A stretch of DNA of 64,000 bases from assembly GCA_963788655.1 (NCBI GenBank), contig CAWBHS010000038.1, positions 128,001-192,000 on the forward strand, given 5' to 3'. The position numbers were made by a program, and so were the translations under genes. The DNA is from an uncultured Verrucomicrobiae bacterium (lineage in GTDB: Bacteria; Verrucomicrobiota; Verrucomicrobiia; Limisphaerales; JAFGQR01). How positions within the stretch are numbered: position 1 is the stretch's first letter; each line of letters starts with the position of its first letter. A model generated the notes under the pieces. It made no database searches. It worked only from the letters and a program-made list of their open reading frames with translations, and was not told the DNA's origin. This document shows positions 1-10,584 of the stretch, in pieces.

Positions 1-1
1 T

Positions 2-230
2 CAAGGCGGCCGCGCGCGTCGCCAGGCTGAAGTGGCTCTTGGGTCGCTCGGGGCCGTGACAGCGGAAACAGGTGCTCTCGAAAATCGGTTTGATGTCGCG
101 GGCAAAGTCCACCTGGAGCTTGGCCGGCGGCGGCAGTTTCGCAATGTCCACCGGTTCAGCCGCCCATGTGGACGACACGCTGGCCATCGCCACGAAAGCT
201 TGAAGCCAGAAGCCCGCCAACAGTCCAGCA
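2..230 (-). CDS. N-terminal part of a secreted planctomycete-type cytochrome c domain protein (runs off window start; start codon uncertain)
   Basis: Manual translation of a frame missing from the ORF track: LLAGFWLQAFVAMASVSSTWA-AEPVDIAKLPPPAKLQVDFARDIKPIFESTCFRCHGPERPKSHFSL. This gives a signal-like segment, the VDF.RDI.PIF...CxxCHG motif and one heme site. Confidence 0.8.
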
Positions 231-364
231 GGACAGGCGTCCCGCCTGTCTCGATCACAAAACAACCTAGGACTTGCGATGGGGAGCCAATATTTTGTCA
301 GGAGCACCAAAAGCTGAAGAAAGCCCTCGGCTATTCGAGGCAGGCGAGACGCCTGTCCCACCAG

Positions 365-456
365 CTCGTAGCAGCCGACGTGAGGAGGCTCAAATTTCTT
401 GCGAAGACGAAATTGCTCCAAGTAGAAATGAGCCTCCCCACGTCGGCTACTACGAG
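365..456. repeat. REP-like long inverted repeat pair
   Basis: CTCGTAGCAGCCGACGTGAGGAGGCTCA ... TGAGCCTCCCCACGTCGGCTACTACGAG. A second inverted pair lies at about 231-250 and 338-358. Confidence 0.8.
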
Positions 457-478
457 GTTTCAGGCAAGTTTTCATCGG

Positions 479-1339
479 TCAATACTGCATCTGCGGATTG
501 ACGTTTGAGCCGTGAACGGCCGTGTGGCATCCGGCCGACCAGCATGTCCCTTGCCCCAGCATCTCGTGGTGCGGGACCTTGCCGATGAACAACTCCAGAC
601 CGGCCGGCGCGCCGGTTCCTTGCACTTGCGCGTGACACTTCAAGCACAGGTTGTTGTCGCGCTCGACCAGCAGCTTCGCGTTGATCGAGCCGTGCGGTTG
701 GTGGCAGACGACGCAGCCTTCGCGCAGGGCCTCGTGTTCGAACATGAACGGATGGGCTTGCTCGCGATGGCATTCGGCGCAGGTTTCGTTGCGCCGCGCC
801 ATGGCCAATCCGCGCGCCGGCTTCATGAGGTCCAGCCCGTGCGGATCATGGCATTGCACGCAATTCATTTGGCCCTCCAGCACGGGATGGTGTTGCGGCA
901 GGTTGAACTCGGCCTGGATTTCCAGATGGCAGTTGAAACAGGTGGCGGGATCGTTGCCTGGATTGACGATGAACCGTCCGCGCCCCCCTCCCGCGGCGAC
1001 GTGTTTGCTGCCTGGCCCGTGGCACGCTTCGCAACCCGAATTGCCAACGAGTTTCGCCGTCTCCACGTGGACGCGGCCGTGCGGGCTGAATGGGAAAACC
1101 CGTACAATGTTGGTGTGGCAATCGTAACAGACCTGGTTGCCGACCAAAGTGGCACCTTCAATCTCTGGCGGGGCGAGCACGGTGCGTTGCAGACTGGAAC
1201 ACGAAACCACCAGTGCGATCAAGCCCGCCCCGCTGGCCAACGGCAGAGCCCAACGACGCCTGTGAACGATGACGCGCCTGATGGTCCTGTGACATCTCCA
1301 GCTAAACGTGCAAGAGAATCTCTGAATGGCGCGCAACAT
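479..1339 (-). CDS. Multiheme (octaheme) c-type cytochrome, DmsE/MtrA-like, probable lipoprotein
   Basis: Seven CxxCH motifs (CYDCH, CEACH, CFNCH, CVQCH, CAECH, CVVCH, CLKCH) plus terminal CWSAGCH..VHGSN. Hydrophobic stretch ends in VVSC. Start approximate. Confidence 0.85.
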   Translation of the reverse strand: MLRAIQRFSCTFSWRCHRTIRRVIVHRRRWALPLASGAGLIALVVSCSSLQRTVLAPPEIEGATLVGNQVCYDCHTNIVRVFPFSPHGRVHVETAKLVGNSGCEACHGPGSKHVAAGGGRGRFIVNPGNDPATCFNCHLEIQAEFNLPQHHPVLEGQMNCVQCHDPHGLDLMKPARGLAMARRNETCAECHREQAHPFMFEHEALREGCVVCHQPHGSINAKLLVERDNNLCLKCHAQVQGTGAPAGLELFIGKVPHHEMLGQGTCWSAGCHTAVHGSNVNPQMQY

Positions 1340-1418
1340 GCCTGGGGGCAACTTGAGATTGGGGCAAATCCCGCCCGGCGTGGAGAAGATCACGCCGGGC
1401 GATTGAATGAACGGCGGA

Positions 1419-4400
1419 TTACCGCGTGACTTGGCCGCGGATTTCGCCACTGGGATGGTTGGGCGTATGGAAGTTCAGATACGTGGCGCCGTCGATGACG
1501 CTGAGCAAATTGCTCGTGACCAAGGAAACTGTTCCCGCCAGTCGTCCCGAGGCGTCGTACGCGCCCCCGTTGTATGGCGCAAGGTTCACTAGAATATCCG
1601 CCGTGGAGAAGGCGGAGGCGGTTGGACCGTGAATGTGGGAAGCAACGGCGGGTGCCGAAAGTCCCCGGTACGTGACGTTCAAGCCGAGTTGATTGCCCAC
1701 CAGCGTGAACGTGCCGGAACCGGTTCCATCGGACGCCACCGCATCGGGCCGTTCGTTCACCCCGCTGAGCGCCGCGCTCATGAGCACCGGCGCCAGTTGA
1801 CCGCGAATTTCGCCGCCGGTGTGCGCGCTCGTGTGAATGTTCACATAGCTCAGTCCGTTCAGGATCATCGCTTGTTGATCGGGGGTGAGATGGGCCGTGC
1901 CCGAAAAGGTGCCGCTGGTACCAAAGGAGCCGCCGTTATAGGGCAACAGGCTGACTTGTATGCCCGCCGGTTCGGCAGTGGTTGCCGGACCGTGAATGTG
2001 GGCCGCAATGGCCGCGGTGGAGAGATTGCTATAGACGAGATTGAACGTGAGCCAATCGCCTTCGAGACTGAAGATGCCGGTGCCGGAACCTGGCGTGGCC
2101 GCCGGATCGAGCCCGGCCGCTTCCCCGCTCAACATTACGGTCAACGGCACGGCGGTGGCTTGCGGGAGAATCTGGCCACGGATTTCGCCGCCCGAATGGG
2201 CCGCGGTGTGAACGTTCACATAAGTGCGACCGTCAATGACCGCCTTCAATTGATCCAGCGTGAGCGTGACCGTGCCGGAGAATGAACCGTCGCTGCCAAA
2301 AGGTCCGTCGCTGAAAGGCGCAAGACTCACCAGCACGCCGGCGTTTTCGGTGGCAGACGCCGGACCATGAATGTGCGCCAACACGGCGGCACCGGACAAT
2401 CCGCGGTAGGTAATGTTAAAGCTGAGCTGAGTGCCTACCAGCGCGAAGGTGCCCGAACCATGGCCTGCCGTCGTCACCGGATCCGGGGTGACGTTGGCCC
2501 CGTTGAGCGCGGCCTGCATCAACACCGGCGCAATCTGACCGCGGATTTCACCACCGGGATGGCTCGGAGTGTGGACGTTTACATAAGTCTGTCCCGCCAG
2601 GATCATGGCCTTTTGGGCGTCAGTTAAAACGACGGTGCCGGACAGCGTGCCCTCGGTGTCGAAGGCGCCGCCGTTGAAGGGAATCAGGCTGATCAAGATT
2701 CCGGCGATATTGGTCGTAGCCGCCGGACCGTGAATGTGCGCCGCCGTCGCCACGCCGCTCAAGCCGTGATACTCGAGGTCGAACCGCAGCGTGTTTCCGT
2801 CGAGACTCAAAGTTCCCGTGCCGCCCGCGTTGGGATTGCCCGGCGATGGTTCCAAGGCGCCGCTCATATAGACGGTGAGCGGAATGGGCGGTTGATGAGC
2901 CGTGTCCGCCACGCGGAAGATGCCAGCGTGGCCCGCCAACGGCGCATCGGCTTCGCTCTCATCAGTGAAGTCCGCGTTCATCCATGTGGGGTCCGTGACG
3001 GCATTCTTTTTCTGAAGTGCGAATGGTCCGGTGCCCCCGTTCAAGTAGGCGGCGAAGTTCGTTCCCCCTTCGTTTTCAACCAGGGTGACTTCGAGGGGCG
3101 GAGGAACCGGTACAATTTTGAGCATGATGCCGGTGTTTCCCGCCGGCCCCAGCATGCGGCTGCCGAAGACATAGAGTTCACCATCGGCGTTTTGGCCGAA
3201 ACCCCGGACCCAGCGACCCAGTGGACGATCTTCTCGGCCAATCTGGAATTCTTTGATGGTGGCATCGGTGTCCAAATAAAAGAGCCGGCCTGAGGGCGCG
3301 CCAAACGATCCCCAGTCCGCAAACACGTAGCGTCCTTCGAGCGTGGGCAGTTGCGCGCCGCGATAAACGTAACCGCTAATCACAACGGCGCCCTCGTCGT
3401 GGTCGTATTCAGCGATGGGATCAATCAAGTCCGGCGGCACCGGGCGCACGGGCAGGGTCACGACTTGGCCGAAATTCGGATCGTCCGCCAACTGAATCGA
3501 ACCAAAAGCTCCCTTCCTTGACGTTCCAACCGTAGTTGCCACCCTTCACGATAACGTCCACTTCTTCGATATTGTTTTGGCCGGCATCGGCGAGATAAAG
3601 CGCTCCGGTCAGCCGATCAAAGGTGAAGCTGAACGGATTGCGCAAGCCATAGGCATAGATTTCATCCAAGCCATCACCGCCCACGAACGGATTATCTGCC
3701 GGAATGCCGTATTGCGCGTTGGCCGAATTGCGCCCATCGATGTCCAGGCGAATAACTTTGCCCAGGATGCGGTTGATGTCTTGCGCATTGCCGCCGGGCA
3801 CATGGCCATCGGCCACATCGTTGGCTTGGCCGCCGTCGCCCAAAGTAATGTAGAGCAATCCATCCGGACCGAAGTGCATGGCGCCCGCGTTGTGGTTGGA
3901 CTGGGGTTCGTCGATGCGCAGGATTTCCCGGCGGCTGGCGACATCGATTTGGTTGGAATTGGCGGCATCGATATGCCATTCGGCGATGACCGATTGATGG
4001 TTGTTGGTGGCACCTTCCGGCATCACGGTGGGAAAATCAGCCGGGCCGGCGGTCGGTTCGGACGTGTAGGTGTAAACCAGTGGGTTGTCTGCAAAATCAG
4101 GATGGACAGCAACCCCGAGCAATCCGCGTTCGTCATAAACCCCTTGGGTCACCAACCGGGTATGCACGTCCAGCATGGGCGCATCGAGCTTGCCGGCGTT
4201 CGAAACCACCCAAATCTGGCCGGCCTGATCATACACCAACAGGCGTCCGCTCCCGTCGTCAGGCACCGCCATGCCCAACGGCGCGGCCAGGCCATCGACA
4301 ACGGTCTGAAATTCGATCACCTGGTCGCCTTTGGGAATGCTCTCAGGAATAGGTTCCGCAATCAGCACGCTGTTCACAGTGATCGTGACTTCTGCGGAAG

Positions 4401-5269
4401 TGGTGCTGGCGCCCTGGTCATCAGTGGCCACCGCCGTGAGCGGGTGGCTGCCGGGGTAGAAGGTGATGGTCATTTGGTAGGGAAATGTGGCAATTACCCC
4501 AAGCGAGTTCGTTCCATCGAAGAATTCGACCTGAGTCACGGAGCCGTCGGTATCATTTGCGGCTGCTTGAATCGTTATTGTTGCGTCCGCGGTGAACGTA
4601 GCGCCATTGGCGGGATCCGTGATGGCTACAGTGGGCGGTTGGTTGGCCGCAGTGACGGTAACGTTCACCGCCGCCGAGGTGGTGATCAGGCCGCCGTTGT
4701 CAGTGGCACGGGCCGTCAGCGTGTAGTTGCCGGCGGGCAGATTGTTCGCCGTGACACCAAAGGGAGCGGTGGGGTCCGAACCCACTGAGGTATTGTTGAC
4801 AAAGAACTCTACATTCATCACCGTCCCGTCGCTGTCACTGGCATCAGCTTGCACTGCAAAGGTGGCCGGGGCACTGAAGCTGGTGCCATTGGCCGGATTG
4901 GTCACGGTGACCGAGGGGGGCGTGTTGGCCACGCTCTGCACCAGCACGGCACCATGCATAAATGGATGCGGACTGCAATGATAGTTGAACGTGCCGGGCG
5001 CATTGAACGTATGACTATACGTAGCCGGCCCCGTGGTCATGAGCAGGGGACTGTTCAACGTGGTGTCGGGCGAATCACTGGTGACGGTGTGCGCCGTCCC
5101 GGCGTCCATCATCGTCCAGACGACAGTGTCGCCGGCGTTCACGGTGACGCTGTCCGGGTGGAAGGCAAAGCCTTGGATACTCACGTTCATGGTGGCCGCC
5201 GAAAGACTCAAGGGACCGCGAAGCCAACAGCCAGAGCCAGAACCAACCTAATTTCGAATACTGTTTCAT
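1419..5269 (-). CDS. Large secreted fusion: cupredoxin + 2 Ig-like + glucose/sorbosone (PQQ-type) dehydrogenase + 4 CHRD domains; apparent frameshifts near 5215 and 3495
   Basis: ORFs 5075-5269 (signal peptide), 3421-5211 and 1419-3542 join in order. Type-1 Cu motif AHTV...YHCSPHPFM; dehydrogenase motifs NHNAG..FGPDG, YAYGLRNP, GGNYGW; four HIHGP...YxNxHT..H..GEIRGQ repeats. Confidence 0.85.
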
Positions 5270-5771
5270 GTTGCTAATTTCCTTTCATGTTTGAGAGGTA
5301 TTGAAGACGGCGGTTGAATGAAAACCTCGGCCCGCACCGCCGGAGGCGGATCCGACAAGACGGCACAATCCGGATGGGGACGGCAAACGCCTTGCTGCCC
5401 CACCGGGCGATCCGGAGCCACCTTCGGCGACGTGGTCTATCCGAACCGACACTCAGGTGCCAATTGTTCATACTTATGGGATGCATGAGATACCGTGTTG
5501 GTTCCCGGCGAACGAAATTTCTTCTGGCCTTCGATGACTGCAGGGTGTACGGGACCATATTTGGACGCAATTGCCGAGGCCTCGCGGTTCTGCCTCAAGG
5601 ATGCGCACTGCTTTGGAGCGAGCAGGGATGGTCTTGTCCGTTTGCGATGATGCCAAGTGGGATGGCGGGCAGACAACAGTGTCTCCGCTCCGATTGACGA
5701 ATTCGAGACCACTGCGCGCTGCACTTGGAAACGGTGCAGTCGCCTGCTTGGGTGACAAAGGCTTGTGACGC

Positions 5772-5999
5772 ATGGGAAAAGCGCGAACAAAAAACAGAAA
5801 CCTCGAACCGCTTCCCGCCAGAGCAGCACAAATCCTGGCGAGGCTAAAGTCGGTCCGCGGTCTGGACGACGACGAAAAGTCGGTCCACGCCTTGGGACTC
5901 GCCGCCACCCCCCAAGAGCGTTGGAACCTGCACGAGCGATACGTCCGCTCATTAGGTTATTGGAAACCCTTGAAGCGGAAAGCATGGGTTACGCACTGA
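5772..5999 (+). CDS. Small hypothetical protein overlapping a nucleotidyltransferase-like remnant
   Basis: 75-aa ORF containing TPQERW; overlaps the start of the next ORF. Confidence 0.45.
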   Translation: MGKARTKNRNLEPLPARAAQILARLKSVRGLDDDEKSVHALGLAATPQERWNLHERYVRSLGYWKPLKRKAWVTH

Positions 6000-6220
6000 T
6001 CGGAATGTCGGACGCCATCGCCCAGGGGGTCATGGCAACGACCCTGGATGTGGAGTTGTGGATCAACCTGCCCAGTCACCAGCGTATCCCGGTATTGAAC
6101 CTTGCCGCCAAATTGGGAGCGACAGTCGCAGCCAATACCGTTGTCTATTTGGAGGATGGAACGCAGGTGACCTTGGTTTATGAGGTGACCGGACTGGGGA
6201 GTCTCGCCCTACCTTGCTGA
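5940..6220 (+). pseudogene. Truncated minimal nucleotidyltransferase-like gene
   Basis: YALIGMSDAIAQGVMATTLDVELWI resembles the Y.LIGG.A...G....T.DVD.W motif. The ORF stops early. Confidence 0.5.
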
Positions 6221-6416
6221 TCATTGAAAGCCAGATTTGCTGCGCATACGCTGGAAGCGTGGGACAATTACCGCGTTCGTCGAAACGATGACCTTGGAAG
6301 AGGCTGCCGATGTTCCAAATCCGGTTCCCGGCGGGCCTTGCTCAGTCCCAAACTTTCCTGCTTGTGCTGAGGGTAGGATTGTGCATGATGAGGCGGGTTT
6401 CACATTTAATCTCATT

Positions 6417-7274
6417 ATGCGCACGTTTCGCTGGATTGCTCTGTTTGTGGCGGCTGTCATCGTGGTTGCGCTCATTATCCTGTGGAGTGGCGGCTTCCGA
6501 GAACCCGCAACCGCACCGATGTCCCCTGGCGCCTTGCCGCCGGTTTTGGTTGAGTGGAACATCGAGCCCATGGAGGCGGTTGAAGGTCAGCCCATCCGCG
6601 TGTCGGGCAAGATCGAGCCCGGCGATGCTCCCCTGGGTTTTGTGGAGCTGTTTCTCACCGACGAACAAAATGGGGTGATGCACGGCGAGGGCTGGTGGCG
6701 CGCCGAAGAGAAGCGGTTGGCCGCAGACGGCGAGTTCACCTTTGAAATCACCCCGCAAGCAGGTCCGCTCTGGATTGGGGCGCACTTTCGCGATCTCAAG
6801 GGCGTGGGCAACGACGAACGCAATCCCGCCCGCCGAAGGGGCTATGGCGCGCTTGGCCCCACGCGAGTGATGATTCGTCCCGCTGCTACGCCTGCGCCCA
6901 AACCGCTGCTCGCCGTCCAGTCCGTGCCGCCGGCGTTGACACGCTTCGATATCACGCCCACCAACGCCGCGCCGATGGAAACCATTGTCCTGGAAGGCGA
7001 CGTCGCGCTGGGCTCCGCTCCTTTGAAGCAGGTCGAGTTGTGGCGGGCGGTGGATGAGCATGACTCGATGAATGGCGTGGATTGGAAGATGGTCGGTATT
7101 CGCCGCGGCCCATCCACCACCACGAATTTCCGGTTTCAGGTGCAATTGCCGCGCGACGTGTATTGGTTTGGCATCCACCTCGTTGACCAACGGGACAAAA
7201 AGAACGACGAACTCAATGCGTCCAACCGCCCCGGCTTTCCCGTGCTGGGACCGCGGCGCGTGGTTGTCGAGTAA
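6417..7274 (+). CDS. Membrane-anchored hypothetical protein with an internally duplicated domain
   Basis: N-terminal TM helix; two related ~120-aa units (APL..VEL...DE...M.G..W ... W.G.H..D.....NDE.N...R.G...LGP.RV). Confidence 0.7.
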   Translation: MRTFRWIALFVAAVIVVALIILWSGGFREPATAPMSPGALPPVLVEWNIEPMEAVEGQPIRVSGKIEPGDAPLGFVELFLTDEQNGVMHGEGWWRAEEKRLAADGEFTFEITPQAGPLWIGAHFRDLKGVGNDERNPARRRGYGALGPTRVMIRPAATPAPKPLLAVQSVPPALTRFDITPTNAAPMETIVLEGDVALGSAPLKQVELWRAVDEHDSMNGVDWKMVGIRRGPSTTTNFRFQVQLPRDVYWFGIHLVDQRDKKNDELNASNRPGFPVLGPRRVVVE

Positions 7275-7289
7275 CCAAAGGTTCGAGCC

Positions 7290-8253
7290 ATGCCGGAGAA
7301 TCTCCCCGCACCCGCAGTCAAAAGCGATCCCGCTCGGGGTGGGTGTTTTGCGTTCTCCTGTTCTTCTTTGCCTATCTGCACCAGCACGACGGTTGGAACC
7401 AGAACTCGCGGCTCGATCTGCTGCACTCCATTTGGACGCATCACACGTTCAACATTGACGCCTATCACTTCAACACCGGCGACAAGTCGGTGTACGACGG
7501 ACACTATTATTCTGACAAGGCGCCCGGAATTGTATTGCTGGCGCTGCCGGCCTTCATGCTTTCGGCGCTGATGCTGAAGTTCACCGGCATGTCACTCGAT
7601 GCCGCCGGCGGATGGGAGTTTGCCGACTGGTTCGCCACGGTGGGTTCGGTCGGCTGGGTGACCGCCCTTGGGGGAATGGTGTTTTATCGGATGCTGCGAA
7701 ACTGGATGGCTGCACGGCTGGCGCTTTTTGGAGGCCGTTCTACTTGCTGATACTGCCGGCTATTTTCTTTTTGTGGAAGGCCCACCGGAAGCTCCTAGCA
7801 GTCGTTGGCTTGGTCAGCGTCCTCCAAGTCGTGGCGATTGCGGGTTATTACATGCCGGACGGCGGGGCGGCGCTGGGGCCGCGATTGTTGGCGCCGATGA
7901 TTCCTTTCATTGGCTTGGCGGCGGCGGCTGGTTTCAAGATCGTTCCCCGGATTGGATCAATTTTGGGAATCGTGTCCGTGGTGATGATGGGGGTCGCGAC
8001 CTTCATCAACAGCATGCCACCGCAGGGCATGAGCAATTTGTTGCATGGCTACTACCTTCCCCGGCTAACGCAATTTCGGTTTCAATGGACGTGGTTGGGG
8101 CAGTTCGGATTGGGTGGTGTGTGGCCTCTGCTGCCTCTCGCGGGCGTAATGCTTTACCTGATGTGGGAGCTTTCCTCGCTGTTCTGGAAACGACGCCGTG
8201 AATGGGTGCTGGAGGATGATCCGGTCAAACAGCGCCGCCGGCCCATCAATTGA
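7290..8253 (+). pseudogene. GT-C-like polytopic membrane protein, frameshifted and apparently internally deleted
   Basis: WNQNSRLDL..NTGDK..YYSDKAPG N-terminus (7343 frame) jumps near 7730 to a C-terminal GG.ALGPRLL.P segment (7612 frame). Confidence 0.55.
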
Positions 8254-8504
8254 TCAGCGTAACGAAACTCCAGTTCAGTGGCCTGAGCGACCTTCCAGCG
8301 CGGAGCCGATTGCTTCGCGTTTTTGAAGGCAACTTATCCTCTCAGTTCGGTTCTGGTTACGCCAGGTTGGGATTTCTGCCTTCGAGTTCAATTAACGCTT
8401 TCTCCAGTGCCACCGGCCAGCGGTTCCCGAGCAACTCAAAGCATGCGCGTGCTGGAATGAACGCATTGGAATCGGCGGCTTGCTGTTTTTGGTGGTGCCA
8501 CCCT

Positions 8505-9122
8505 TCAGTATCCCATCGGAACGACAAATCCATCTACCGTTCCCTTTGGCGAACACACCTCACCGTAAGTAATACCTTTCTCGCGTAGGTTTTTGGCGAT
8601 GCGACCAACACAGCATGTTGCGCATAGGGAGAGGGGAGCAGGGTTACTTCGGAGGAGCGTTGCGGAAATCCCCAAGTCCAACGTTTCGGAGAAATTGCCG
8701 CTGTTGAGGCCGCTTGATTCGATCCACAAAAACCTCGCCGCTTGTCCGCAAGTGTGACACTGGGCGTCCAGATACGCCAGCAGTGAAACCACGTCATCGG
8801 CGATTTTCGAATCCTTAAAATTGTCACGCCATTCCTTGACAGGTTGGAAGACGTAGGACGGCGGTCCGGGCGCTGGTTGGATGATAACAGCACGACCTGT
8901 AAATGCTGCGTAATCTTCCTCGATTTGCGCCACCAGGCACTGCCAGCACAGCGGTTTTATGTTCGCCAGGTCTTCCGCCTCCTCGTCGTACCCATATTCA
9001 GCAACCGCACCACAGACGCTGCACGGTTTGCCCACTGGCCAGACGGGTTTTCGCCTCACAATGAATAAGATGGCAGCTACGATACCGAATGTTAAAAGGA
9101 CCAGCGATAGGGTGGTGTTCAT
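8505..9122 (-). CDS. Hypothetical membrane-anchored protein with four CxxC pairs
   Basis: N-terminal TM helix, then CSVC, CWQC, CHTC, CATC. Confidence 0.65.
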   Translation of the reverse strand: MNTTLSLVLLTFGIVAAILFIVRRKPVWPVGKPCSVCGAVAEYGYDEEAEDLANIKPLCWQCLVAQIEEDYAAFTGRAVIIQPAPGPPSYVFQPVKEWRDNFKDSKIADDVVSLLAYLDAQCHTCGQAARFLWIESSGLNSGNFSETLDLGISATLLRSNPAPLSLCATCCVGRIAKNLREKGITYGEVCSPKGTVDGFVVPMGY

Positions 9123-9387
9123 AGCTCGTTGTTGGCCATCGAGCCAACTTCCAATTAGACCTTTTGGCAGACCAACGAGTTGAATGGCTGAATTCGGCAG
9201 AAAGACCGTTGGTCCTGTTTTGTTGGGCAGTGGCTCCGAATCCATAACCTCCGTATCAAAAGCAATACTCATCCGGAAGTCAATGCTTAACTTGCGCCTG
9301 ATCAGGCCTCTGTTTCCGGTTGTCGTTGGGTCGGACCGGTGAAAATTCAGTTTGCCTTTTGACCGACATTACCTATTTGTATTCGTC

Positions 9388-10431
9388 ATGAATACTCTTC
9401 GATTGGGTGGACGGCTGGTATGGTTGTTCGTTTTTGTCTCGTTGACTGGCGCTACGGCACGGGCGCACACGGCTGCGGAAGAAATGGTCGAAGCTGCCAG
9501 TCACTGGCTGGCCGCGCTGGCACCCGCGCAACGGGCGCAAGCCACCTTTGACTTGGCGGACGCGGAACGGACCAACTGGCACTACGTTCCCCGAGCGCGG
9601 AAGGGGCTACCGTTCAAGGAAATGACCCCGGCGCAGCACAAGCTCGCCCATGCCTTGCTCAGCACCGGCTTGAGTCAACGTGGCTATGTGAAGGCGGTGA
9701 CGATCATGAGCCTCGAACAGGTGCTCCGCGACTTGGAATCCGGCCGTGGTCCGCTGCGGGATGCCGATGGATATTTCGTTTCCATCTTTGGCACACCGGG
9801 GCCCAAGGGCACTTGGGGGTGGCGCGTCGAAGGCCACCATCTTTCACTCAACTTCACCATTGTGGACGGGCAGGACATCGCCGCGACGCCCTCGTTTTTT
9901 GGCTCCAATCCCGCCGAGGTGAAAACCGGTCCCCGCCAGGGACTGCGCGTGTTGGCCAATGAAGAAGATCTGGGCCGTCAATTGGTCAAATCACTCGACG
10001 CCAAGCAGCGCACGACGGCCATCCTCACGAACGCGGCGTTCAAAGACATCCTCACGGGCGATGCCCGGAAGATCAAGCCGCTCGAACCGGCCGGACTGTT
10101 GGCGGCCAATATGTCGCCCGAACAGCAGGCCGTGCTGCACCGGGTGGTGGAAGAATACGTTCGGCGGCATCGCCCCGAAATCGCCGACCATGATTTGGAG
10201 AAAATCGAAAAAGCCGGCTGGGAGCGGATTGGGTTCGTCTGGGCCGGTGGCCTCGATCGCGGGCAAGCTCATTACTACCGGGTGCAAGGCCCTACGTTTG
10301 TCCTGGAATACGACAATACGCAGGACAACGCCAATCACATCCATTCGGTCTGGCGCGATTTCGAGAACGATTTTGGCGAAGATTTGTTGCGCCGGCATTA
10401 CGAGGAAACACCGCACGGGAAGCAGAAGTAG
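9388..10431 (+). CDS. DUF3500 family secreted protein
   Basis: Signal peptide; W.YVP..RKG, WGWRVEGHHLSLN, YYRVQGP.FVLEYDN, NHIHSVWRD motifs. Confidence 0.85.
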   Translation: MNTLRLGGRLVWLFVFVSLTGATARAHTAAEEMVEAASHWLAALAPAQRAQATFDLADAERTNWHYVPRARKGLPFKEMTPAQHKLAHALLSTGLSQRGYVKAVTIMSLEQVLRDLESGRGPLRDADGYFVSIFGTPGPKGTWGWRVEGHHLSLNFTIVDGQDIAATPSFFGSNPAEVKTGPRQGLRVLANEEDLGRQLVKSLDAKQRTTAILTNAAFKDILTGDARKIKPLEPAGLLAANMSPEQQAVLHRVVEEYVRRHRPEIADHDLEKIEKAGWERIGFVWAGGLDRGQAHYYRVQGPTFVLEYDNTQDNANHIHSVWRDFENDFGEDLLRRHYEETPHGKQK

Positions 10432-10584
10432 AATCCGAAAATCAAAGGCCGAAATCCGAAATCCGGTTGCCGAAAGCAGCTCCCGTTTTGAGCGATTGCT
10501 GGAGGAACCTCCGCCGGAACGAAGCACTTCGGATTTCGGCGCTCCTTTTTCGTTCTTTTCGGCCTGCTCGTCACCAGTTATACC

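Noticed and set aside
9123..9200. Possible attC-like site upstream of the 8505-9122 gene
   Set aside because: No convincing RYYYAAC...GTTRRRY pair with an internal inverted repeat.
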